A program made the translations under genes and the position numbers. Below the pieces are notes generated by a model. That model was given only the letters and a program-made list of their open reading frames with translations. It did not search any database and was not told the DNA's origin. Shown here piece after piece: positions 1-10,123 of a stretch of 64,000 nt of DNA. Source of the stretch: Rhodosorus marinus CCMP1338 (Eukaryota; Plantae; Rhodophyta); contig JAMWBK010000002.1 of assembly GCA_029953675.1 (NCBI GenBank), forward strand, positions 124,001 through 188,000. Reading direction: 5' to 3'. Position 1 is the stretch's first letter; each line of letters starts with the position of its first letter.

Positions 1-424
1 TTCTTGTGCCGTTCATTTTTGAGACAATTGGTCGAATGGGCCAGGCAAGCCTTGAATTTCTTCGAACGGCGAGCGCGCACCTGCATGATCGTGACTCCCA
101 TCTATCGTCGGTGAGGGGTCAACTAAACCGCATTTTGTGGCAGCACAATGCTGCGCTAGTTGAGCACGCGATCGAGAAAGATCGCGCAGATAGACCGATA
201 TTTCCCCTAAGTAGAATTTAGATGAGACTCCTGGACAGGGAGTCCAGGTTTGGTTAGTGCGTACGTAGTGATCATGTGATGCGCTACATTAGGTAGCTGC
301 CCAATAAAGGCTACGGGGTAGAATTTAGATGAGACTCCTGGACAGGGGGCCCAGGTTTTATTTGTGCGTACGTAGTGATCGTGTGATGCGCTACATTAGG
401 TAGCTGCCCAATAAAGGCTACGGG
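1..424 (+). mobile_element. 3' end of CRE-like non-LTR retrotransposon (family D): RLE C-terminus plus 3' UTR duplicated in tandem
   Basis: ORF 6-221 has the RLE tail FIFETIGRMG..SLEFL..LNRILWQHNA. A 107-bp unit occurs twice (211-317, 318-424), each copy ending in hairpin-AATAAA-GGCTACGGG. Confidence 0.8.
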
Positions 425-441
425 GTTACGTTAGTCTGGGG

Positions 442-986
442 TTTGACAGTAGAACCGACTGGACACTACCAAGGCAGCCGGCTTCGGCCTGACTTTCTAG
501 CCCGACACCCACGAACAGGCAAGCTCTACGTGATCGATGTGAAGGTGATCTCGCCGTTGCAAAGAACACACCTACACAAAGCGTCTTGGGAGACCGGGTA
601 TGCGGCACGGAAAGCGGAAAAGTTTAAAGAGTCCAAATACCGTGACAGTATCGGAGAACACAACGACGACATCTTCATCCCCTTCTGCCTGGAAACATTT
701 GGGCAGATCGGAAAACAAGCGAGTGAGTTCCTCAAGGAAGCGACTATACACCTGGATTAGCGGGCAACGCAAGTAAGTGATGCTCGGGCGATCTTGAACC
801 GCACTCTGTGGAAAGGAAACGCTATCCTTGCCACCCAAGCTCGTCGTGTCGACGAAGCAGACTATGACATCGACCCTATCTTAGAACGTAGCCACACAAC
901 CCATTAGGGGTTTATTTGCTGACCAATAGTATCCTTATTCCTTCTTAATGGGCTCCAATAGGGAGCTCTTCAGTAAAGTGTACGCG
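442..986 (+). mobile_element. 5'-truncated CRE-like element (family E), RLE domain with internal stop
   Basis: RPDFLARHP..VIDVKVISP..AARKAEKFKESKY..FIPFCLETFGQIG is a PD-(D/E)xK RLE motif set. Flanked by GTTACGTTAGTCTG (425-438) and GTTACGGTAGTCTG (987-1000). Confidence 0.85.
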
Positions 987-1039
987 GTTACGGTAGTCTG
1001 CAGCAGACTACTACCATTCGCGAAGCCACCGAAGGAATC

Positions 1040-1320
1040 GGCCCCGCAGGAAAACCAGGCGTTCGGCCCATCGGCGTCCCTGAAGTTCTGCGAAATGTGG
1101 CGACTCAATGGACCCTTCGCGCGGTGATCGACAGGGTGCGCACGCTCCTGGTGCCATTACAACTAGGGATCGGAGTCAGTGGCGGATGAGAACGCTCACT
1201 TCACGCGATCCAGGCCCATCTGTCATGTGAACCAGACGCGGTGGTGCTCAGGCTTGACCTCGAGAATGCATTGAACAGGATTGATCGAAGCCTCGCCAAG
1301 AAACTCGTGGACCAGCACTT
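1040..1320 (+). pseudogene. CRE-type reverse transcriptase fragment
   Basis: Manual translation: VRPIGVPEVLRNVA..LQLGIGVSGG*ERS..LRLDLENALNRIDRS (N-terminal RT motifs, one stop). Confidence 0.75.
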
Positions 1321-4300
1321 AACCCCAAACGCACCCCAGACTCCAGGATGCCAACAGGTGTCCACCGAATTCACCGTACGGCACGTGGCTACCGCACAGG
1401 TTAGAACTCGAGGCCCCAGCCGCGGGCCATGGCGGTTGGGGCAAGCCAAGGTACAAACGTAAGCTCGTGCGCATCTTGAAGTCTGTCATCACTAGCCGCT
1501 GGTAGGCAGGAATAACCGTAAAGAAGTGAGAGCTGAGGTTACCCCCCAAAGCGCGAAGGCGAGCCAAAGTCGAAGGCGGAGAGGAAGCTGAACCGAGAAG
1601 GGTGGCGTACGAGTCGCGATGTATGTCCCAGGAAAGGGTTTTTTGTACTACATCAGTTCTCGAAGGGGCCGGGCCCGACCGGGTAACAGACTCCTCAGGC
1701 GGCCTCGACGGCACGGAAACAGCGTCCGTTTCAGCATCGACACCATCCATGTCAGCATCGTCTCCAGCGCAAACGCCAGCGCCCATCCGGGCTCCACTGT
1801 CAAGACACGGTTCGGCCGCAGAGCTTCCCGAACGAGATCCGCCAAAAGAGTCAAGAACTGCCCGCCACGACCCGTAGCGGGGTTGTGTACCGCTTGGCAG
1901 GGCAATACATTTCTGAAACGCACCCTCCAGCTCGTCAAAAACGCCTCCGAGCCTCGAGCTGAGAGTCACGTCCAAATGCTCCTCACTTAGGCCTCGTAAC
2001 AAACCACGCACGGCGGGATTGCTCTCCTCAGACCAAGTAGTTAAAGCATTTGCCCAAGAGCTCACCACGGCCGCCGGTTGGATTATTGCATAAATCCCCA
2101 CGGCTAGTCCGCCCATGAGCGCAGGCAAGGCCAGCTGGCGGTGAAGGACAGTCTGTTCGTTCTCCCCTAGAGTAGAGAACACTGCGTCCACCAGTGTGCT
2201 CAAAACGTCCCTCGCACGCTGATCAGCGCGAAGGGCTAGCCAAGCCCCCCACGTCGAAGGGAGCTGCCGCAGAAAATAGTTCAGGCGTTGACACGCACTG
2301 AACCTGAAGAGGAGCAGAGCGGTCTGGAGGTACCCCTCCGGTAGGCGGCACAGCTCATTCAAGAGCTCATCGTGGCGGCTCAGCAGCGCTCGAAGGTTGC
2401 GCTCCACGAAACTCTCAGTGCCCACAGGGACACCGAAGAGAATGAAGCCCTCGGGACGCCAAATGTCTCGGAACAGAGAGGGAACCTGGGCCGCAGCACA
2501 CTGAGGGGCTCCCCAAAATTCTCACTTGCCGTGATTGATCCGTAAGCCTATCAAGGACGCCACCTCGCCCAGAAGGGAGTACGCCTGCACCAAACCCCCT
2601 CATCAGGAGTCCCGAGAAGGGTCACATCGTCATGGAAGGCGACGACGCGGACCCGCGGGAACTTATGCTGCACGCGCAACAGCGCCAACTGCAATCCACA
2701 TGCGTGCAGAAGAGGCCCTAAGGGGTCTCCCTGCTGAACACCATTCTGTGACACAAAGCTCTGGCTGTCTGCACCCAAGGTGACAAGGCAAGGGCAAGTT
2801 GGCCCTCCCCGTAGACCCGGCGCACGAACCGGAAGCCCGATGGGAAGAGCTGACGAACCACCTCGAGCGGGTGAACACGCGACACGCTGTTAAAGGCGTT
2901 CGCAAAATCGATCGAAATTGTACCGAAAGGTTCCTCCCCGAGGCTGTCCAACTGCACGATGCGAGTCACCAGCTCACAGCCGCCCGAATAGCCCACACCC
3001 ACCTGGGTCAGGCCGAAAAAACCCCGTGCTTCATTAGTGAGCCTACGAGACAGAAAACGGCTCGCCAACCTGCGCAGGGTCTCGCACACCCCAATGGGGG
3101 GTAGGGATGGCGTCTGGCGCGAATGCCCAGGCTTAGGCAGTACCACCAGGTGCGACCGCGACAGTAGGGCCCATGCATCGTCGCAAAAATCGTCCCCATT
3201 TACAAGACCCTCCACCACTCGCGCAAAGGCGTCGAGTCCCTCCTCGCCCAACCAGTGCAAAAGGTCAATCCGGAGAGCTGAGGGACCCGGTGCACGACCC
3301 TTCGGGGCGGACCCAGGAAGAGCCAAAACCTCTTCAGGCCGAACCAGCAAGCTGCCCGTGTCAGTCGTGGAGGCGACATAAGGATCTAAGACACGCTGGA
3401 ACGCAGGGTTCCAACTCGCGTCGTGCGCAGGAAACAACTCGGCAACTGTGGCAGCCAAGTCCGTTCGATAACGCTCGACTGAAACGCGTTGCTGGAGAAT
3501 GGCCGCCCCCCGCCGAATATCCCCCTGTGCTACTGCTGCCCTTGCCCTAGCCTGTCGACGAGAACGAGAAGGAGGCGAAGTCGAACACAAAGAGGAAGTA
3601 GACACACTAGCAAGGTACAAAGATTCCAGGAAAGCAAAGTCCCTTGCGAGAAAAGACTGGACTTCACCTCTAATGGGACAGGCACGGCGCCCCTGGGAGA
3701 CAGTGAGCACTAGCCGAGGAAAAAGAAACAGGGGTTGCCAAGCAAGTGCATCCTGAGGGTGGTCGGCCACCTCCATCAGTAAAAAGTCCAAGAGAAAAGA
3801 CACCCGCCGGCGCAGCCGATGAAGAAGGCAAGCCGGAGGAGATTGAGAGCAAAGGGGGATTTCCCCAGAGGGAAAACCATCAACAAACCCCGAGAACCAA
3901 GAGAAAAGGCGAGAACGCCAGGCCTCAAAGCTACCGGAGCTGGGAAAAAAAGCAGGGAGCTCGCAGTAATCCCGGAAGGACTCATGCATCCTGCTCCCTC
4001 ACCACTGAGGAAGCGTCGACTGGACGTGAATCCGTAGGGGAAGCTGGGGAAGGCGCCCCCGCCACTTGCGTCAAATTAGGACGCTTGGGCGGAGGACCAC
4101 GCAACAAAGAAGTCAAGGACGCGTAAGCGTCCGCCAGAACCGCGGAAACCCGACCCCGAACGCCAAATGGCGAGGGGGTACTAGGCTCGAGGGCGAGCGG
4201 ATCCACCTCCGAATCCCCGCCAGCAAAATCCATGGCAGAAGGCTCAACCACAGCCAGAGGCTCTACACCCGCAGAGAGACCCCCCACTGGGAACACCTCA

Positions 4301-5350
4301 GCAAAATCAGGATGGTCCTCCAAAAGCGAAGTTTCACAGATAAGGAAATCATGGACAGCGGAGTGGAGAATGCCCCAACTTGGAAGCCGGTCGAGCAGGT
4401 TCTTCTGAACGCGGGAAAGGCGCTCAAAATGCGCCGAAATCGCCGATCGTATAAGGTCCTCGAGGCGCGCCCCAAGGAGATCCGCAGGCGCAAGCGAGTC
4501 AGATGAAAAACGGTCAAAATCAAGCGCGAGGGACACGTGGGCGCGAGTCAGAATCTTATTCGCTAAAACCGGCCGCTGTGAGGGAGGCGTTTTCAAGAGC
4601 GTAGAGAGGATTTGATAAGAGGTATCGGAGACCAGGAAGCAAGCGTGAGGGCCCGAAAGTTCAACGTAGAGAAAATCGCGAGGGGACGTGCCCAGGCACG
4701 AGGCCATGGTGTCTCGAAAATCGCGAACAGGAATGCGGGCCCCGAAGCGCGAGGAGCGCTGGGGTCGCACATTGGTCATTAAGACCCAACGCAGAGGAGA
4801 GAGTGTGCGCTGAACAGAGCCAACAGCAGGCTCAGCAGGGAAAGCACTTACCAGGGCCTCCGCTCGGGCCTCAACAGTCCCACGCCGGAGGATTTGGGAA
4901 CAGGAAGGACGCGGGGGCGAGAAGGAGCAGCATGGGGCACAGGGCCAGATACCGAGGAATCTGCCCCAGGAGCTCGGATCGACTGGACCGCTGGGGCAAG
5001 GACAGCTGTCCCCGCAGCGATCGTCCCCGATGGAACAGGCACAGGTGGGACAGCCACCGCCATCGACGGGACCCGGGGCATAGGCAAAGGCGGCAAGGGA
5101 GGAAGTCAGCCCGGGAGGCGGTTGGCCTCAGCAGCAACAGCAACAGCGCGGGCAAAAATATGAATGACTAGGGCCTCTGCGGTAGCCTTGGAGCAACCTG
5201 GCAGCTCGGCGAGCGTGCCAAATCGCCCGAGCCGGAGTTCCACCGACAACGCTGGGTTGCTCGACGCGGCCATCACGAGGGAGACCGCGAAAGAACGCCG
5301 TAGAAGGGCACAACCACCAGGCACCTTCTGAGTCCCAGGAAAGTCCCAAA
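1319..5350 (-). mobile_element. CRE-like retrotransposon family A copy; frameshifted ORF1 + ORF2 (RT), 3' end (RLE) missing
   Basis: ORF1 pieces from 5273 and 3982-4779. ORF2 pieces 2718-3989 (PPIGVCE, QVGVGYSGGCE, DFANAFNSVSR), 2551-2778 (GVQQGDPLGP, FHDD) and 1319-2425 (LPALMGGL, LRLYLGLP, partial CCHC). Confidence 0.9.
3982..4779 (-). pseudogene. Family A ORF1, C-terminal part (putative RNA-binding domain)
   Basis: RDFRDTMASCLGTSPRDFLYVELSGPHACFLV..LDFDRF block is shared with ORF1 of the elements at ~6356, ~45737 and ~54583-54984. Confidence 0.7.
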
Positions 5351-5611
5351 AGGTTTGTTTTGGTGAGTTGTCGTCGAGGATTGGGGTTTTGTTTCTTTTT
5401 CGGTCGCGAGCGTGTTCGTTTACGGGAAGCGCTTCCTCTGGTACGCCTTCCCCTCGATTTTCCGCGGTGCGTCGTTTGCATTTGCAACTACTTCTGTCTT
5501 CCGGGTGGGTGTGTTGCGGGGCCTTTCCTATTTGGGTTGGGTTTGGTCGATTATTCTCTCGGTGCGGTTTCATATTGGTGGTGCAACGTTTCTTTTGCGC
5601 ATTCCCTCAGG

Positions 5612-7021
5612 ATGGTAGGGATATCTCCGCGCTCGACGGAGCCTCCTCCCAAGGAGGCACTGCCAGGTGGAGGACTCCGTGTTCGTCTCAGGTGCGGCAC
5701 CTTTTCTTCCGAGGTTGACTTGGAAGGCGCTTCTGGCACCCAGGCGCGTGCACTTATCTCCGCTGTCACCAGCCTGATCACGGCTGCGAGTGATCGTGGA
5801 GTGCTCCCTCAGCTCACCCAGAAGCTAGGTGGGCTGGAATCGGGATTGCTGGCCAGGTCAAATTCAAATTCGGACGAGAATTTGAATTGCCCCAGAGTGG
5901 CAGCGTTGGCTGAAGGCAGTCAACATCAGGTCAATCAACATGAACCTGTCCCGGGACAGGCGAGGGCGGTTGCTTCTGCGCGGGACAGTACGACGTTGGG
6001 GAGCGGCAGACCGGGCCAAAACGCGCTTCAGCGCGCGGGGACTCGAGGCAATGGTGGTGGTGACTGTGCGGCAACCGGTGTGGAGGAGACTGCAGCTGTG
6101 GACTTCCCTCTCTTGGACCAGCCCTCAGGTGGTCACCAGCTCCCGGCTACTGCGGGGGCACGTGGTGGCTGCAAGGGGGGCGCTTCGTACGCCTCAGTCT
6201 TGCGGAAGGGCACCACTGCCACACGTACGGCGGCTATGCTCCGTTTCCTACCATCTCGCGAGCCTCAGGATGAAACTGTGGAGACCACTCTCCAATTTCT
6301 GTGGGTGCGAAATGTCCGGCCCCAGACCACACGAGGCCAGGTTCCGTCTATGTGAGACTTCCGGGACACTTTTGCGGAATCGTTAGGGTGCAGCCGGGGT
6401 GATTTCTTCTTCGCAAACTATGAGGGCCGCGATGTGCTGTTTTTGGTCACCGCAACCACCGCCAAGTACCTGGAGGCCTTGCTGGCGAAGCCTACCGAGC
6501 AGTGGCCTGAGAGCGCCCGGTGGCTGCGCTGCAACCCGCAGGTGGTTTTGCACTTCGATTTTGACCGTTTCTCGGGCAATTTCCTGTCTCCGGGAGAAAC
6601 GGCAGGGCTCTCTGAGCATGAGAGCAGCGTGAAGGCGGCAGCGATCCATTGGCTACGGATTCAGCGCCTTGAGAGGATCTTGTTGGAGCGGTTCCGGTCG
6701 GGCCCTCGTCACCTGCGCATGGCTGTGTCCAGCTTCTTCGATCTGGAGAGGCGACTTATGCTGACTTCGCGCTACAAGACAGAGCTGCAGCGGTTTGGGA
6801 TTTTGGAGGGCTCTGCTTCCAGCACCACTTCCAGCAAGAGTGGTGAGGCAGGGGAGCAGAATGAGGGCATGGCGGTGGAGGACGCCCAGGTTACTTTGCT
6901 GAAGCCCGCGGGATCCGTTCCGCGAGCCTCGCGGAGTGGGCGGCTCACGACTTTGGTGCGGATAGGAGGTAAGAGAGCGAGGACCGACTCCCCCGGGTCT
7001 AAGGGGGAGAAGCACGATTAG
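5612..7021 (+). pseudogene. Family B ORF1 (~470 codons, one in-frame TGA at 6353-6355)
   Basis: ORFs 5360-6355 and 6434-7021 are in the same frame. PSM*DFRDTF aligns with IPVRDFRDTM of family A. Confidence 0.75.
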
Positions 7022-7052
7022 CGCTCCAGGCACGGCTGCGAGGTCGCAGCCT

Positions 7053-10000
7053 ATGGATCTACAGTCTTATGTCCTGCAGGAGGGCGGAGACTGGGGCATT
7101 TGGCGTACGCGTTTTCGGAGTTGGCTCCGGCGGTGGATTTCTTTGGAAGGAGGCTCGCTTCCCCTCCGTGGGGGCATTCCCCCAGTCGTCCTCCCTCGTG
7201 GAGACCTTCTAGTAGCTGGAACCATTCTCGATTTCATCTTCACGAGCCTGGCTCGTAACATTCGGGACACAGTCATTTGGGTTTTTCTGGGGGTCATGCC
7301 GCGCCTGATTCTGGCCCCCATTCACACATCGGAGCGCAGATGGCGATTACGAGACCGACTGGCCCTGTTCTTGAAGGGAGACTTCGAAGTACTACAGCGC
7401 AGCTATTTGGCATCGTCAGCACCATCCGCCCGTCGGACTCGGCATGGCACAGTGTCGCCCGTGCCCGCTCGAGTACAGAAATTGGTAGCAGTGGGCGATT
7501 TAAGTCGAACGGCGCGGGTTTTGGAGGGTCAGGCGCCTGTCCTCCCCTACGATGATAGTCGCGCCCAGACGGTGTCGTCTTTGTTCCCTGAGTCCGACGT
7601 GGACTTGTCCCCTGAATTCGAGGTATTCTTGGACCGTCCGGAGTTGGCCAGGTTTCGCATCGATCTGACGCTCAGTGAGTCTGACCTGGAGGATTTGCTT
7701 CGTACCTCGCGTCGGGGACGCTGTCCCGGACCCTCCGGACTAAGAACAGAGCTATTGCAGGCCCTGAGCCAGCCTGGCCAGAGCGCGCTTCTGAGGATCC
7801 TTAACAAGTTGTTCCAGGGCGTATGGGGTGCGTCTGCGCCATGGGAACATCTCCGGCAGGCACAGCTTTGCTTGCTCACGAAACCTGACCACCAGCCGGC
7901 CCACCCGCGTCTCCGGCCGATCGGGATGGTGGAGAGCCTACGGAAGTTAGCCGGGAGATGGCTATGCCAGCGCCTTCGCCAGCGCGTCACAGCTTTTATG
8001 GCGCCCTTGCAAGTAGGGGTGGGATTTTCTGGGGGTTGCGAACTGATCACCCATGGGATCGAGCTAGAACGCGCCAGTAGGCCGGAGTGGGGAGTCTTGG
8101 TGGTTCATTTCCGGAACGCATTCAACAGCGTGTCGCGGACACATGCGCTAGAGGTGCTGCGGCGGGTGTTTCCGGAGGCGTGGCCGTTTCTATCGGGTAT
8201 TTACGGAGGGGAGAGCCTCCCCTATTTGGCAACGGAGGGCACTGATTTTCAAGCACATACTGGCGTCCAACAAGGCGACCCTTGCGGACCTCTTCTTCAT
8301 GCCTGTGCCCTACAGCTCGTACTTTTACGTCTTTCGACTGAGGTCTCGGATCTTCGAATCTGCGCGTACCACGATGACGTAACATTGCTGGGCACCCCTG
8401 AGACCCTGGCTAGAGGGCTGACCGAGATCGAAGCGATTGCACGTCGCGTCGGTTTGACTGTGGAAACAGAAAAATGTCGCTTTCTCCCCCCGAGGGACGT
8501 GTCGCTGGCCTCTCTGCCACCCACTCTGCGACTAATCAGCGAACGTGAAGGGTTCGAGCACCACGGCGTCGGATTGGGGACTGACAACTTTGTCCAAGCA
8601 TCCTGCGAGCGAGTTTTGGCACGGCACAAGCAACTCACCGACGCCATTGAGCACCTACCCGAAAGCATGCTGCAATCGGCCTGCTTGCTTTCCCGCTTTT
8701 GTGCCGGTCCCAGACTCAACTACTGGTTGCGCAGCCTGCCTCCAGCTTGGGGCTCGTGGATCGCGGCTAAAGCCGACGAGATGACCCTGCAACACTGGGG
8801 AACGCTCTTGGATGAGCCCCTCGATCTTGAAGCTGCTCCCGACAGGGACTTGATTCGTGCACAGATCGCTCTACCGTTGCGATTAGGGGGATTCGGCGTC
8901 GCAGACCGTGGGCTGGTATGCTCGCCAGCGGCGGTTGCGTCCTGAGCTACCGCGCTGCGAACGTTGGTGACCTTCCAGATGCGAAGTGCCTGCCTCTTGA
9001 CTCGAGCTTTGACCAACGAGGATCCAGTGACCCTGCCGCCCCCGCTTTTGACAATTTTTGATGGTCTTCAACACGCGTTCAGGAGGTGCAACGCCGTGCC
9101 GGACGCAAATCGGTCCCGCTTTCCTTCCTGGAGGGAGCTGTTATGGGGACGAGCTGAAGCGGTTGAGGATTCTCCCCTCGACCGAGGTCTTGCCGATGAC
9201 GGAGAAGCTAGCCCCGGGTCACCTGTTGCAGACTACCCGGGTTTGAGCCGATTGTGGAGCTCCCGCACTGATGTGATTCAACATAGCCTCACCTGGGGCC
9301 AACACAGTGCCGCTCACACAGTCATGCTCAATTCTCCTCTCACGCCGCCTACCACTACCGCTCGTCTCCGCGGCATGGGAGGCCACCTCTCACACTTGTG
9401 GTAACCACTCTACCGTCGTCATTGAGTCATCGTCTCGATGCTTTCCAGTTCCGTTCTGCCGCACGGATCTATCTCGGTTTGCCACAGGCTCCGTGGCACT
9501 CTAATCGGCCGTCTTTCTGTCAGGGATGTGAGAGCCGGATTGACGCTTGTGGCTACCACTTCCTGGGTTCCTGCGGACTGTTGAGAGGTCTCCGTACGAG
9601 GCGTCACACTCGCCTCAAGTACATCCTCAGCGAATTTTTGACTCGGATAGGGCATACGGTTGAGGTTGAGTCGGAACTGCCCAGATCAATCTCGGACTCT
9701 GCACCGCCCCGTTGTATAGCTGATCTCCTCGTCTCCGACGCTGCTGCCAGACGCTCAACATATGTGGACCTTGCGATTACCTGCCCCGTGGCCAGCGCCC
9801 GCCTCACCGCAGCCGCCCGCCGCCGGGGGGCCGCGGCTTCAGCCCTTCGAAGAGTTAAGGAACGACGGTATGCTGAGAGCATGGCCAGTCTGCCTTGCGC
9901 TGAGGGTCGCTCTCACCGGTTCCAGCCATTCATTGTGGAAAGCTTTGGTCACGTGGATAAGTCGGGTTTAGAGTGGTTGCGGAAATGTTTTGCTGAGCAT

Positions 10001-10123
10001 CCTACTGAATATTTGGCGCTCTTGAGGCGTTTAAGTGTCTCCCTTTGGCGATATTCGAGCCACATACTTTCCGAGGCGCGCCATCGGCGCCTGGGGTTGC
10101 ATGCTTCCCTCCCTAGTTATTAG
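7053..10123 (+). pseudogene. Family B ORF2: RT + CCHC knuckle + RLE endonuclease (one stop at 8943-8945, one frameshift near 9400)
   Basis: RPIGMVE, QVGVGFSGGCE, HFRNAFNSVSR, GVQQGDPCGP, YHDD, LPLRLGGFG, CQGC..H..C, RRH, IADLLVSD..VDLAITCP, FQPFIVESFG. Confidence 0.9.

Noticed and set aside
283-441. 3' hairpin motif as a self-cleaving ribozyme (hammerhead, HDV, twister)
   Set aside because: No CTGATGA/GAAA core or nested double pseudoknot is visible. The position at element 3' ends fits an RT recognition signal.
420-441. GGGGTTAC as a telomeric repeat or telomere-targeting signal
   Set aside because: No tandem telomeric arrays occur anywhere in the window.
1602-5573. Numerous 60-150 aa ORFs antisense to or overlapping the retroelements (also 7067-9655 and 45000-55970)
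   Set aside because: Expected shadow ORFs in GC-rich coding DNA; no motifs or independent support.
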